From a virus (Duplodnaviria; Caudoviricetes): a stretch of DNA of 25,448 nucleotides. The stretch spans positions 1-25,448 of IMG/VR virus record IMGVR_UViG_3300005512_005686; one strand, written 5' to 3'. Below, one piece after another: positions 8,722-17,632 of this stretch. A program made the translations under genes and the position numbers. Under the pieces are notes generated by a model. That model was not told the DNA's origin. It did no database searches and saw only the letters and a program-made list of their open reading frames with translations. Numbering within the stretch: position 1 is the stretch's first letter; each line of letters starts with the position of its first letter.

Positions 8722-9189
8722 GTGAAGACCTTCAAGGACAACGCGGGCCGCACCTGGACGGTCTGCGTCAACGTCGACGCGATCAAGCGCGTGCGCACCG
8801 AACTGGACGTGAACCTGATGGAGGCGGTCGAGGGGGATCTACTCGAACGGCTCTCCACCGACCCCGTGCTTCTCTGCGACGTGATCTACGTGGTGTGCAG
8901 GCCCGAGGCCGACGCGCAGCAGATCAGCGACGAGGACTTCGGGCGGGCCATGGCGGGCGACGCCATCGAACACGCCACCACCGCGATCCTGGAGGAACTG
9001 GTCGATTTTTTCCCCAGGGGCAAGCGCCGGGTGCTCCACAAGGCGCTTGCGAAGTTGCAGGCGGTGGAGGCGAAGGCGGTGGAGTACGCGCAGGCGAGGC
9101 TGGAAGACCCCGAACTGGACCGGCGGATCGAGGCCGCGCTCTCCTCGCCTACCAGTCGCTCTTCGAGCTCGCAGCCGTCGCCGGAGTAG
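8722..9189 (+). CDS. Tail assembly chaperone (lambda gpG-equivalent)
   Basis: Between major tail and tape measure; SD AAGGAG 8707-8712; helical acidic protein with EELVDFF slippery codons. Confidence 0.85.
   Translation: MKTFKDNAGRTWTVCVNVDAIKRVRTELDVNLMEAVEGDLLERLSTDPVLLCDVIYVVCRPEADAQQISDEDFGRAMAGDAIEHATTAILEELVDFFPRGKRRVLHKALAKLQAVEAKAVEYAQARLEDPELDRRIEAALSSPTSRSSSSQPSPE
9006..9087 (+). promoter_or_regulatory. -1 programmed ribosomal frameshift signal: T TTT TTC heptamer plus predicted H-type pseudoknot
   Basis: Heptamer 9006-9012 in correct phase; 7-nt spacer; stem 1 GCAAGCGCC 9020-9028 / GGCGCTTGC 9042-9050; stem 2 GTGCTCCAC 9031-9039 / GTGGAGTAC 9079-9087. Confidence 0.78.
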
Positions 9190-9440
9190 ACCCGGGGCCG
9201 CGCACGCTGCGGGAGCTCTTGTGGATGTCAGAGGCGCGCAGCCGCGATGCGTGGCGGCACACGGCGGCGGTCCTGGCGCTGATCGCCAATGTGAACCGCG
9301 ACCCGCGCAAGCACCGCCGTTTCAAGCCGGAGGATTTCAACCCGCACGAGCAGAAGCCGAAGACCGTGATCAAGGGCAAGGGCCTGCGCATCCTCCGGGA
9401 CATTTTCGTCAGCCGCGAACCGAACAGAAGGACCAGCTAA
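9009..9440 (+). CDS. Frameshift extension of tail chaperone (gpGT-equivalent; full product 8722-9440, ~239 aa)
   Basis: -1 frame is open from the slip site to TAA 9440, 3 nt before tape measure ATG; protein-like LFELAAVAGVDPGPRTLRELLWM...LIANVNRDP...PEDFNP with no good own start for its first part. Confidence 0.75.
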   Translation, partial: FPQGQAPGAPQGACEVAGGGGEGGGVRAGEAGRPRTGPADRGRALLAYQSLFELAAVAGVDPGPRTLRELLWMSEARSRDAWRHTAAVLALIANVNRDPRKHRRFKPEDFNPHEQKPKTVIKGKGLRILRDIFVSREPNRRTS

Positions 9441-9443
9441 CCG

Positions 9444-11951
9444 ATGCCGTCCAGTGCCGACATTCGAGCCGGAGCCGCCTACGTGGAGTTGTCCGTGAAC
9501 AACTCCGCGCTGGTGCGCGGCCTGAAGGCGGCCCAGCGGCGGCTGAAGGGGTTCTCGGCCTCGGTCACCGCCGTGGGCAAGCGCATGATGCTGATGAGCG
9601 GCATGATGGCCATGCCGTTCATTGGCGGGATGAAGGTGTACGCGGACTTCGAGCAGCAGATGGCGAACGTCTCGACCATGCTCTCGGAGCCCGAGAGGCA
9701 CATGCCCGGTTTCCGGGACAGCATCCGCGACATGTCGGTCGAGTTCGGCGAGAGCACCGAATCGCTGGCCAAGGGGCTCTACGACATCCTCTCCGCTTCG
9801 GTTCCCGCCGAGAAGGCGCTGGACGTCCTCGCGACCTCCGCCCGCGCTGCCAAGGCCGGACTGACCGATACAGGCGTGGCGGCCGACGCGATCACCACCA
9901 TCCTCAATGCCTACGGCCTGGAGGCGGAACGGGCCGCCGACATCTCGGACTGGCTGTTCACCATCGTCAAGCGCGGCAAGACCACCTTTGCCGAACTCGC
10001 ACCCAGCATCGGGATGGTGGCGACGACGGCTTCGAGCGCCGGGGTGTCCATGGACGAGATGGGTGCGGCGCTGGCAACGATGACCCGCAACGGCGTGAAG
10101 ACCGACAACGCGGTCACCGCACTCAACGCCATCATCTCCAGCTTCCTCAAGCCCACGTCCGAGGCGGCGGAGTACGCCCGCAGTCTCGGCTTCGAGATGT
10201 CTTCGGCGACCCTCGAATCCGAGGGGCTGGTGGGTGTGTTCAAGCGCATCGGCCAGCTGCCGCCGGACGCCATCGCCAAGCTCTTTCCGAATGTGCGCGC
10301 CCTCCGGGGTGTGCTTCCGGCGCTCAGGAATATGCAGGGCTTCGGCGACGACCTGGCGGCCATGGGCGGCCGGGCCGGGGCGACGGGCGAAGCCTACGGC
10401 AAGATGATCAAGACGCTGACGCACAGCTTCAACCAGCTCAAGCAGGCGGGGCTTTCGGTGCTGTCGGTAATCGGTGAGGCCCTCGCCGAGCCGGTCGGCA
10501 AGGCGGCCAAGGCAATCACCCGCTACGCCAAGATGGTCCGGGAACTGATCCAGAACAACAAGGGCATGGTCCTCGCCGCACTGAAGGTGGTCGCGGCGGT
10601 CGGAGCGGTCGGCGGCATTCTGGTGGCGGCGGGCTCATCGGCAGCGGCCCTGGCGTTTGCGCTCGGTGGCCTGGCCTCCATCGCCTCGGCGGTCGGTACG
10701 GCCATCGGCGTCATCGGCAGCGTTCTCGGCGCGCTCCTGACCCCCATCGGCCTGGTCTCCGTCGCGGTGGTCGCGCTTGGCGGCTACCTCGTCTACGCCT
10801 CCGGTGTCGGCGGCAAAGCCATCGCCTGGCTCGGGGAGCACTTCGCCTGGCTGAGCGAGACCGCCCGCGCCGCGTTCAAGGGCATCGGCGACGCCCTGGC
10901 TGCCGGGGACATGCATCTTGCCGCCCGCATCCTCTGGCTGTCGCTCAAGCTCGTCTTCCAGAAGGGCGCGAGCAGCCTGCTGGCGATCTGGCTCGACCTG
11001 AAGAACGGCATCCTCAACGTGTGGATCAGTGCGAAGGCCACGCTGCTCAAGACCTGGCAGACGCTGTGGTTCGCCCTGAAGGAGATCGCCATCAAGACGG
11101 GCATCGCCGAGCCGCTCCTGGAAGGATTTCACCTGATCGAGTTCGGCTGGCTCAAGGTCACCCAGGCCATGGGCCAGATGTGGATGGAGCTGGTCAGCCT
11201 GATCTTCAAGGCCTGGAACCGGGTGCAGTCCGGCATCAAGAGCGCCCAACAGTGGATCGGCGAGATCGCCATCGACGTGATGGGCTACTTCGACGAGAGC
11301 CTCGACACCGACGCGGCCAAGGAGATGCTGCGGGACGACTACGCCGGGGAACAGCGCCAGCTCGATGCCGAGATGGCGGCGATGCAGGACCAGCTCGAAG
11401 CGGACCGCCGCGCCATGCGGGACCGGCACCGGACCGAGGACTCCGCGCTGGTCGACCGCCAGGGGGAACGCGTGGCCGAACTCAAGCGCCAGGAGGCCAT
11501 CGGCAATCAGGGCCGCCTGGCCGAGATGGAACAGGCGCGACGTGACGTGGACACGGCCGCCGAAGCGGAGCGTTCCGCGCTCGACGAAAAGGCCGCCGCC
11601 GACCTCAAGGCCTCCGCACAGGCCCTGGCCGATGCCAGAAGCGAGTGGAAAGCGGCCATTGCCGAGGCCTCTCGCAAGCGGGGCGAGGCTCGCGACGGGG
11701 AATCCGGCAAGCCCGACGCCAGCCGCATCGAGGCCCTGATCGACCAGGTGCGGGCCGCCGCGCCCGCCGTCGCCGGGGCGGGCGGCAGGATCGAGGTGCA
11801 GGGCGCATTCAACCTGTCGGACCTGCGAGCCCTGGCCGCCGCCGGGGCCTCTGACACCGTCGCGGCCAACACCGCCGAGATGGTCCGGCAGCAGAAACGA
11901 ACCAACCAGAAGCTGGATGAGCAGAACGATTCCGGCCTGGCTTTCCTGTAG
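9444..11951 (+). CDS. Tail tape measure protein (TP901-family core)
   Basis: 835 aa, Ala-rich; DFEQQMANV, AKGLYDILSA, ADAITTILNAYGL, GKTTFAELA; central hydrophobic segments; Trp at 11-residue spacing. Confidence 0.95.
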   Translation: MPSSADIRAGAAYVELSVNNSALVRGLKAAQRRLKGFSASVTAVGKRMMLMSGMMAMPFIGGMKVYADFEQQMANVSTMLSEPERHMPGFRDSIRDMSVEFGESTESLAKGLYDILSASVPAEKALDVLATSARAAKAGLTDTGVAADAITTILNAYGLEAERAADISDWLFTIVKRGKTTFAELAPSIGMVATTASSAGVSMDEMGAALATMTRNGVKTDNAVTALNAIISSFLKPTSEAAEYARSLGFEMSSATLESEGLVGVFKRIGQLPPDAIAKLFPNVRALRGVLPALRNMQGFGDDLAAMGGRAGATGEAYGKMIKTLTHSFNQLKQAGLSVLSVIGEALAEPVGKAAKAITRYAKMVRELIQNNKGMVLAALKVVAAVGAVGGILVAAGSSAAALAFALGGLASIASAVGTAIGVIGSVLGALLTPIGLVSVAVVALGGYLVYASGVGGKAIAWLGEHFAWLSETARAAFKGIGDALAAGDMHLAARILWLSLKLVFQKGASSLLAIWLDLKNGILNVWISAKATLLKTWQTLWFALKEIAIKTGIAEPLLEGFHLIEFGWLKVTQAMGQMWMELVSLIFKAWNRVQSGIKSAQQWIGEIAIDVMGYFDESLDTDAAKEMLRDDYAGEQRQLDAEMAAMQDQLEADRRAMRDRHRTEDSALVDRQGERVAELKRQEAIGNQGRLAEMEQARRDVDTAAEAERSALDEKAAADLKASAQALADARSEWKAAIAEASRKRGEARDGESGKPDASRIEALIDQVRAAAPAVAGAGGRIEVQGAFNLSDLRALAAAGASDTVAANTAEMVRQQKRTNQKLDEQNDSGLAFL

Positions 11952-11965
11952 GAGAAACGTGAACG

Positions 11966-12775
11966 ATGGCCCGAGTGGAACAGGCATTCTTCGACCGCAC
12001 GCAGTCGATGAACAACTACGGCAACTACGTCACCGCCGACGTGCCGTATTTCGTCTTCGACGCGCTGGACGAGGACGACGCGGTCCTGGCCGTTCACGGC
12101 ACCAGCAGCGAGTGGTTCAGCGGCCTGCGCCGGGACGCCGTCGAAGTCGAGGAGCGGATCAACGAGGACACCTTCAAGGTCGTCGTCCGCTACCAGCAGC
12201 ACAACACCACCGACGACGGCGACGATCCCGATACCGTCTACACCTTCGACACCGGCGGCGGCACCCAGCACATCACCCAGTCGATCTCGACCCGCAACCG
12301 CTACCCGGCCAGCGCTCCGGACTACGAAGGTGCGGTCGGTTACGACGGCGACAATGTGGCGGGCGTCGACATCATCCAGCCGGTCTACAACTTCACCGAG
12401 ACCCACTTCCTGCCGCGCACCACGGTAACCGAGACCTTCCGCGCCCGCCTCGCCCGCAAGACCGGCATGTACAACAACGACGCGTTCCGGGGCTTCGATC
12501 CCGGCGAGGTCCTGTTCCTCGGCGCGAGCGGCGTGCGGCGGGGCGACGGCCGCGAAGACCTCTGGGAGATCACCTACCGCTTCGCCGTCTCGCAGAACCG
12601 CTCGAGCTTCACCGTGGGCGGCATCTCCGTCGCCACCAAACTGGGCTGGGACTACATGTGGGTCCGCTATGCCGACGAGGTGGACGACACCGCCAAGCAG
12701 GTCGTGAAGAAGCCGGTGGCCGTCTACATCGAGAAGGTCTACTACGGCACCAACTTCAGCAGCCTGGGGATATAG
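11966..12775 (+). CDS. Hypothetical tail-tip protein (distal tail/hub position)
   Basis: First gene after tape measure; SD AGGAGA 11950-11955; beta-rich, NNDAFRGFDPGEVLFLG...WEITYRF motif. Confidence 0.7.
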   Translation: MARVEQAFFDRTQSMNNYGNYVTADVPYFVFDALDEDDAVLAVHGTSSEWFSGLRRDAVEVEERINEDTFKVVVRYQQHNTTDDGDDPDTVYTFDTGGGTQHITQSISTRNRYPASAPDYEGAVGYDGDNVAGVDIIQPVYNFTETHFLPRTTVTETFRARLARKTGMYNNDAFRGFDPGEVLFLGASGVRRGDGREDLWEITYRFAVSQNRSSFTVGGISVATKLGWDYMWVRYADEVDDTAKQVVKKPVAVYIEKVYYGTNFSSLGI

Positions 12776-12787
12776 GGGGGCACGGCC

Positions 12788-13819
12788 ATGACACTCAAGA
12801 AAGTCGCCAGTGGACAGAGCTTCCGGCCCCGAGCCGACGATTGGAACGCCTTCGTCGATGCCGCCATGGACTACCGGCAGCGCAAGAACAGCTTTGGCGC
12901 GCGGTCCATGCTGAGCACCTATCGCCAGGGCATCGTCCTGGTGCGCAACAAGTCGGGCGCGGATCAGAACCAGTTTTCGACGCTGTGGATCGACGACCTG
13001 GCCGTGCGCCCCGACGACGCGGTCAGCGAGCAGCGCTTTCGCACCGGTGCGCCTGTCTTCGATGTAAAGCTCTTTGCGGACATCGCGGTCGCCAACCGCC
13101 ACGAGTGCCGCTACGTGGTGCTCCAGGAACCGCTGAAGGACGGCAAGGTCGGCCACGCCATGCTCTTCGGCGTGACGCCGGTGAAGCTGGACGTCACGGT
13201 CGATGCACACGACTACGCCGATCCGAATCCCACCCTTACCGCGAAGCAGCGCAGCGGCTGGCAAGGCTCGTGCCGCATCCTCTGGAAGCAGGCGGGCACG
13301 GGCGAGAAGTGGGCGGTCGTGCATTTCCCGGTCAACGACGCGCCCCGGCTGCTGATCGAGAACGCCAGCGGCGAGACAATCCGGGACGGCTACGCCTGCA
13401 TGATCGACTCGAGCACGGGCGAGCCCTGGAAGGTGCGGGTGAAGAAGCCCGACGGCGACAGCCGCCTCCAGGTCATCGCCTACACCGGAGCGGATCTGCC
13501 GGACGGCGAGACCGCCGCGCTGCGGATCGGGGACGTGATGCGCTTTCGCGTGGATTCCAGCGGGCTGTCGCCCGGGGATTTCATCGGCACCCGGAATAGC
13601 TCGTGGTCGCTCTCGGCCAACCGCTTCGGTTTCCTCGTCTTGGGCACCGAGTACGCCGGTGGCTACTACGCCTATGCACGCTACTCGGGCGTCCCGCCGG
13701 TTCTGAAAGCGGTCAGCGATGAGAACACCTATTACCACACCATCAATGTCCGCCATGTCGACAGCGACGGCGGCACGGTTGGCTCGTCTTTCACCCTCGA
13801 CGTCATCCCGGAGGTTTGA
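12788..13819 (+). CDS. Hypothetical tail-associated protein with two internal beta repeats
   Basis: 343 aa; repeats VRNKSGAD...EPLKDGKVG and IENASGET...ADLPDGETA; position in tail module. Confidence 0.7.
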   Translation: MTLKKVASGQSFRPRADDWNAFVDAAMDYRQRKNSFGARSMLSTYRQGIVLVRNKSGADQNQFSTLWIDDLAVRPDDAVSEQRFRTGAPVFDVKLFADIAVANRHECRYVVLQEPLKDGKVGHAMLFGVTPVKLDVTVDAHDYADPNPTLTAKQRSGWQGSCRILWKQAGTGEKWAVVHFPVNDAPRLLIENASGETIRDGYACMIDSSTGEPWKVRVKKPDGDSRLQVIAYTGADLPDGETAALRIGDVMRFRVDSSGLSPGDFIGTRNSSWSLSANRFGFLVLGTEYAGGYYAYARYSGVPPVLKAVSDENTYYHTINVRHVDSDGGTVGSSFTLDVIPEV

Positions 13820-13821
13820 TC

Positions 13822-14556
13822 ATGCCCATCAAATCAGGCAGCACACTGATTCCGCTGATGGGCGTCGACGGCAGGATCGTCGTCTACCGGCTTGGCTCGC
13901 CCTCGAAGTCCGGCATGCTGACCATCGCCGCGATGGCCGCCGACGGCGTGGACGTGGCGCTCAAGGTCGCCTCGATGACCAAGCGCGACCAGTCCGGGCC
14001 CATCGCCATGGCGGCGGATTCGGTGGTCGTGCCGCTCAAGGGCGGCATGGCCCCCGGCATGATCCTGATCTTCATCGACGAGGCATCCAGCGTCTACTAT
14101 CCGTCCGGGCACGCCAACTGGGATGCGGACGTGGTGCGCTGGAACAACTTGGTGACCGCCAACGGGCCGCCCGACTTCGCCGCCGTCCACAAGGTTGCCG
14201 GACACCCGACGCTGGACATCATCCCGCCGGATCGGACCTGCCCGCCGGAGATCGACTACAGCACGATCAGCCGGAATCCCTCGGCCACCGAACTGGTGAC
14301 CGCCTACGAGAACTGCAAGGGCGATCCCACGCTGCCGCATCCGCGCGAGGTCCTGATCTGCATCGACTCCTCCGGCTCGATGACCCGCTCGACGATGACC
14401 CCCGGCATCGACCCATTCGAGCAGTGGCTCGACGACGGCGGGACCTTCACCCCCGATCCGCTCGCTCCGCTGCCGCGCATCCCCTGGCGCGAGTACCGCT
14501 TCGGCGGGGAACGCTGGCTGAACCTGACCTGCAACCTCTACGAGGATTACCGCTGA
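13822..14556 (+). CDS. Hypothetical protein with partial vWA/MIDAS motif
   Basis: GGAGG 13810-13814, ATG 13822 (track gives TTG 13816); VLICIDSSGSM (DxSxS) near C-terminus. Confidence 0.7.
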   Translation: MPIKSGSTLIPLMGVDGRIVVYRLGSPSKSGMLTIAAMAADGVDVALKVASMTKRDQSGPIAMAADSVVVPLKGGMAPGMILIFIDEASSVYYPSGHANWDADVVRWNNLVTANGPPDFAAVHKVAGHPTLDIIPPDRTCPPEIDYSTISRNPSATELVTAYENCKGDPTLPHPREVLICIDSSGSMTRSTMTPGIDPFEQWLDDGGTFTPDPLAPLPRIPWREYRFGGERWLNLTCNLYEDYR

Positions 14557-15131
14557 TGCTGAACGAACAGGTCAACCTGATCGCCGACGGCGCGCGCCAA
14601 AGCCTGCTGTCCTGGACAAGCGCCGACGCCGCGCTGGAGAGCTGGGTGTTCGTCAACGGCGTCAAGCTCTACGGGCCGCTGCTGCTCGACACGCTCGAGC
14701 GCACCGTGCCCGTACCGCTGGCCACCGGCGAATGCCTGTCTGTGGAAGTCCACGACATGCCGCCGGAGGAGGTCGCGACGCCGGTCTTCGAGACCCCGAC
14801 CACGATGCCCACGATCCAGTGGAACCCGCTCCCCGGCGCGCAGCGCTACCGGCTCTACCACCGGGAGGGGAACGGCAGCGAACGGCGCGTGTTCGACCGC
14901 GCCGCCAGCGACTTCCGGGGACTGCCCATCAGCATTGATGCACCCGTCGAGCTGAACGGCATCGGCGGCGTCTGGCATTTCCTGCGGGTGGAGGCCGTCG
15001 ACGAGTACGGCAACGAATCCACCCGCCGCGCCTGGCGCTGCTTCGCCGTCGAGCCGCCCGGACTCCCGTCCCGAATCGAGATCGCCGACGGCACGAGCCC
15101 CGGCCTGTTCGAGATCACCGTCAACCCATAG
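14556..15131 (+). CDS. Fibronectin type III / Ig-like domain protein
   Basis: TGATG overlap at 14554-14558 defines start (track ORF starts 13719); TIQWNPLPGAQRYRLYH...FLRVEAVDEYGNES is a typical FN3 signature. Confidence 0.75.
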   Translation: MLNEQVNLIADGARQSLLSWTSADAALESWVFVNGVKLYGPLLLDTLERTVPVPLATGECLSVEVHDMPPEEVATPVFETPTTMPTIQWNPLPGAQRYRLYHREGNGSERRVFDRAASDFRGLPISIDAPVELNGIGGVWHFLRVEAVDEYGNESTRRAWRCFAVEPPGLPSRIEIADGTSPGLFEITVNP

Positions 15132-15149
15132 TCACAGGAGAAACACACG

Positions 15150-16670
15150 ATGCCTACCCCAACCGCAGACAAACTCAGGACCTTCTACGCCTCGCGCTAC
15201 CTGACCGCCGACGGCAACGCCCTCAACCAGTACACGGTCGACAGCGCCACCGTGCGCACGCTCGTGGATGCCGCGCTCACCGAGGCGTCCGGCTACTGGG
15301 ACGGGGCGGTCGGCTGGTTCGACCCCGACACGCTCACGCCGGAGCTGCAGGGCGCGGTCTTCCACGTCCAGGCCTTCGACGGCGGCACCGACACGCTGAC
15401 CCTGTCGCGCGACCTGCCTGCCGTGCCCCAGGCCGGAGACACCTTCCGCCTGGCGCTGGGCGGCAATCGCCGATCCGGCCGGGAGACCTTCGGCATGGTC
15501 GTGGGCGGCGACATGCCCGAGTTCACACCCGTCGTTTGCACCAACATCACGGGCCTGACCATCCACAAGGCCTCCGCCCGGCTCGGGGCGAACGATCTCT
15601 ACATCGATTACGACCAGAGCCGTCAGGAGATCACTGTCCAGGTGGGCGCGGCGGGGAGTCCGGGCCCGGCGCTCGATGTCTCCGCCGACGTGACCGGCGA
15701 AGCGATCCATGCGGCCGACGACCAAGGCTACATCATCGTCGACGTGGTGAACGCCAGCCTGCCGGGAGCCAACGCCCAGGAGGTCTTCACGCTGGCCTAT
15801 CCGCGCGGGTACTTCTGCCCGGACTACGAGGGCTACGAGACCGGCGGCGAAGGCAAGATCCGCTATCGGCTCGAGGTGTGCCGCAACACCGATCCCGCCG
15901 ACACCATGGTCGACCTGTGCGTCCACACCGTCAGTCCGGGCGGCCTGGCCACCACCATCGCCGCCGGGCAGAGCCTGACCCCGGACGCGGGAACCATCGA
16001 CATCGACGGCGGCGCGGACTGGCCGGGACGCTCGTTCTGGGTCAGGAACACCGACGCGAACGCAGGCGCGGGCGACTGCCGCTATGTGAAGTACCGCTCC
16101 GGCCCGACGCTCTACTGCGAGGCAGCCAGCGACTGGACCCGGGTCGCCTTCGACAACGGCACCAACGAGCCATCCATCGGGGACATGATCGACGGAGCCG
16201 CCTCGGGGGCGACCGGGCGCGTGGTCTCGATCCAGGTCAACTCCGGGAGCTGGGGCACCTCCGATGCGGCGGGCTACCTCTATCTCTCCACCGTCACCGG
16301 CGACTTCGTCGACAACGAGAACCTGCAGAACTCCGGCATCGTCTTCGCCCTGGCCAACGGCGTGGACGTGAAGGGGCTGCGGGACCACGTCGCCGCCAAC
16401 TGGAGCGCCGGGGACCACCTCCAGGTCATGCCCGACATCGACCTGGCCCTCGACGCGCCGGACGGCAGCGACCAGTTCGAGAACCCCGCCGGGGAGAGCA
16501 TCGCGCCTGCGGGACTGGCGTTCTCCGCGCCCACCGACGAGGAGGACGCCCTCTACATGGGCGACCTGGCATCGAGCGGCATGCGCGGCGTGTGGCGGCG
16601 CGAGTGGATCATGGACAACCACCGGGCCCGCAAGGAGATCATCGCCGACGCGGTCTACTTCTGGGCGTAA
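15150..16670 (+). CDS. Hypothetical acidic beta-rich virion structural protein
   Basis: 506 aa; SD AGGAGA 15136-15141; Gly/Asp/Thr-rich modules such as GDMIDGAASGATGRV and LPAVPQAGDTFRL seen in tail appendage proteins. Confidence 0.75.
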   Translation: MPTPTADKLRTFYASRYLTADGNALNQYTVDSATVRTLVDAALTEASGYWDGAVGWFDPDTLTPELQGAVFHVQAFDGGTDTLTLSRDLPAVPQAGDTFRLALGGNRRSGRETFGMVVGGDMPEFTPVVCTNITGLTIHKASARLGANDLYIDYDQSRQEITVQVGAAGSPGPALDVSADVTGEAIHAADDQGYIIVDVVNASLPGANAQEVFTLAYPRGYFCPDYEGYETGGEGKIRYRLEVCRNTDPADTMVDLCVHTVSPGGLATTIAAGQSLTPDAGTIDIDGGADWPGRSFWVRNTDANAGAGDCRYVKYRSGPTLYCEAASDWTRVAFDNGTNEPSIGDMIDGAASGATGRVVSIQVNSGSWGTSDAAGYLYLSTVTGDFVDNENLQNSGIVFALANGVDVKGLRDHVAANWSAGDHLQVMPDIDLALDAPDGSDQFENPAGESIAPAGLAFSAPTDEEDALYMGDLASSGMRGVWRREWIMDNHRARKEIIADAVYFWA

Positions 16671-16770
16671 CCACGGAAGGGAGGCGAGCCATGGGACCAT
16701 GAACCACACCGACTTCCGACCGGATGACGACGAGACGAGAACCACAACGAACAGACAAGAGAGGTGCAAG

Positions 16771-17541
16771 ATGAGAATGAACACGATGAAACGAACGACG
16801 GCGCTGGTGATTGCCTGTGCCGGAATGCTGATGCTGGCGGCGACGGGGTGCAAGAGCACGCAGTCCCTCAGCCAGACGGAGATGCAGGCGCGCCTGGCCA
16901 CGCTGACCGAGGCGGTCAGACTCGAGCAGGTGCGCAGCGGCTCGCCCGTGGTGGCCGACTTCCTCGGCAACGTCCCGAAGAGCGGCGCGGCCGGGTACAC
17001 CCAGGTCAAGCGCGTGGTGCGCAACCCGGACGGGACACCGCTGATCCTGCCCGACGGCCAACCCGCGATGGAAGGCGGCGTGGCTGTGGGCCTGCTCAAC
17101 TCCATGCGCGACTTCGGCAACGTCGACCAGGCCTGGCTGGTGCTGGGCGGATGGGCCCGCAACCCGCTCACCGGCGAAGTCAGCCGCGACGCGACGCTCG
17201 ACGGGATGTTCACCTACGTCACCGGCGGCGGCGTGGCCAGCACGGTCAACAGCGAGTTTGCCGCCGTCTGGGCCGAGGCACCCGCTGCCGAAAAGGCGGC
17301 TGCGGCCGAGGCGGTGCGCAAGGCGCTTGAGGCCAGGAAGGGCATGATCGTCGAGGGCATCACGGCCACCGGCGAAGCCGCGCGCGGCATCCTGCGGGAG
17401 GTCTACCGGGCCACCCCCGCCGGAGCCGGACTGGCGGCCGTCGAGGTACTGCTGGATGCCGACGGTCAGCAGATCCCGGCGACCGTGACCGAACCGTTCC
17501 GCACCCTCCCGTCGGCTGCGGCCGGAGGGGGCGACGAGTGA
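16771..17541 (+). CDS. Predicted lipoprotein
   Basis: GAGGT 16761-16765 before ATG 16771; MKRTTALVIACAGMLMLAATG-C signal peptide with lipobox; upstream in-frame ATG at 16699 also exists. Confidence 0.72.
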   Translation: MRMNTMKRTTALVIACAGMLMLAATGCKSTQSLSQTEMQARLATLTEAVRLEQVRSGSPVVADFLGNVPKSGAAGYTQVKRVVRNPDGTPLILPDGQPAMEGGVAVGLLNSMRDFGNVDQAWLVLGGWARNPLTGEVSRDATLDGMFTYVTGGGVASTVNSEFAAVWAEAPAAEKAAAAEAVRKALEARKGMIVEGITATGEAARGILREVYRATPAGAGLAAVEVLLDADGQQIPATVTEPFRTLPSAAAGGGDE

Positions 17542-17547
17542 TCCCAC

Positions 17548-17596
17548 GCCTCCGCCACGGTTTTTTTCAGTCCTCCTTCCGGGCCGTGGCGGAGGC
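17548..17596 (+). promoter_or_regulatory. Perfect 13-bp inverted repeat with 23-nt pyrimidine-rich loop carrying an anti-Shine-Dalgarno-like sequence
   Basis: GCCTCCGCCACGG 17548-17560 / CCGTGGCGGAGGC 17584-17596; loop TTTTTTTCAGTCCTCCTTCCGGG. Confidence 0.65.
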
Positions 17597-17632
17597 ATCT
17601 CCTTCAACCCTCAACCGAACAGGCAGGACACC

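Noticed and set aside
9130-9189. Alternative frameshift site near the end of the chaperone gene
   Set aside because: No X XXY YYZ heptamer there; the upstream T TTT TTC has correct phase and a stimulatory structure.
17548-17596. Canonical rho-independent terminator
   Set aside because: The T7 run lies within the loop rather than after the stem on either strand.
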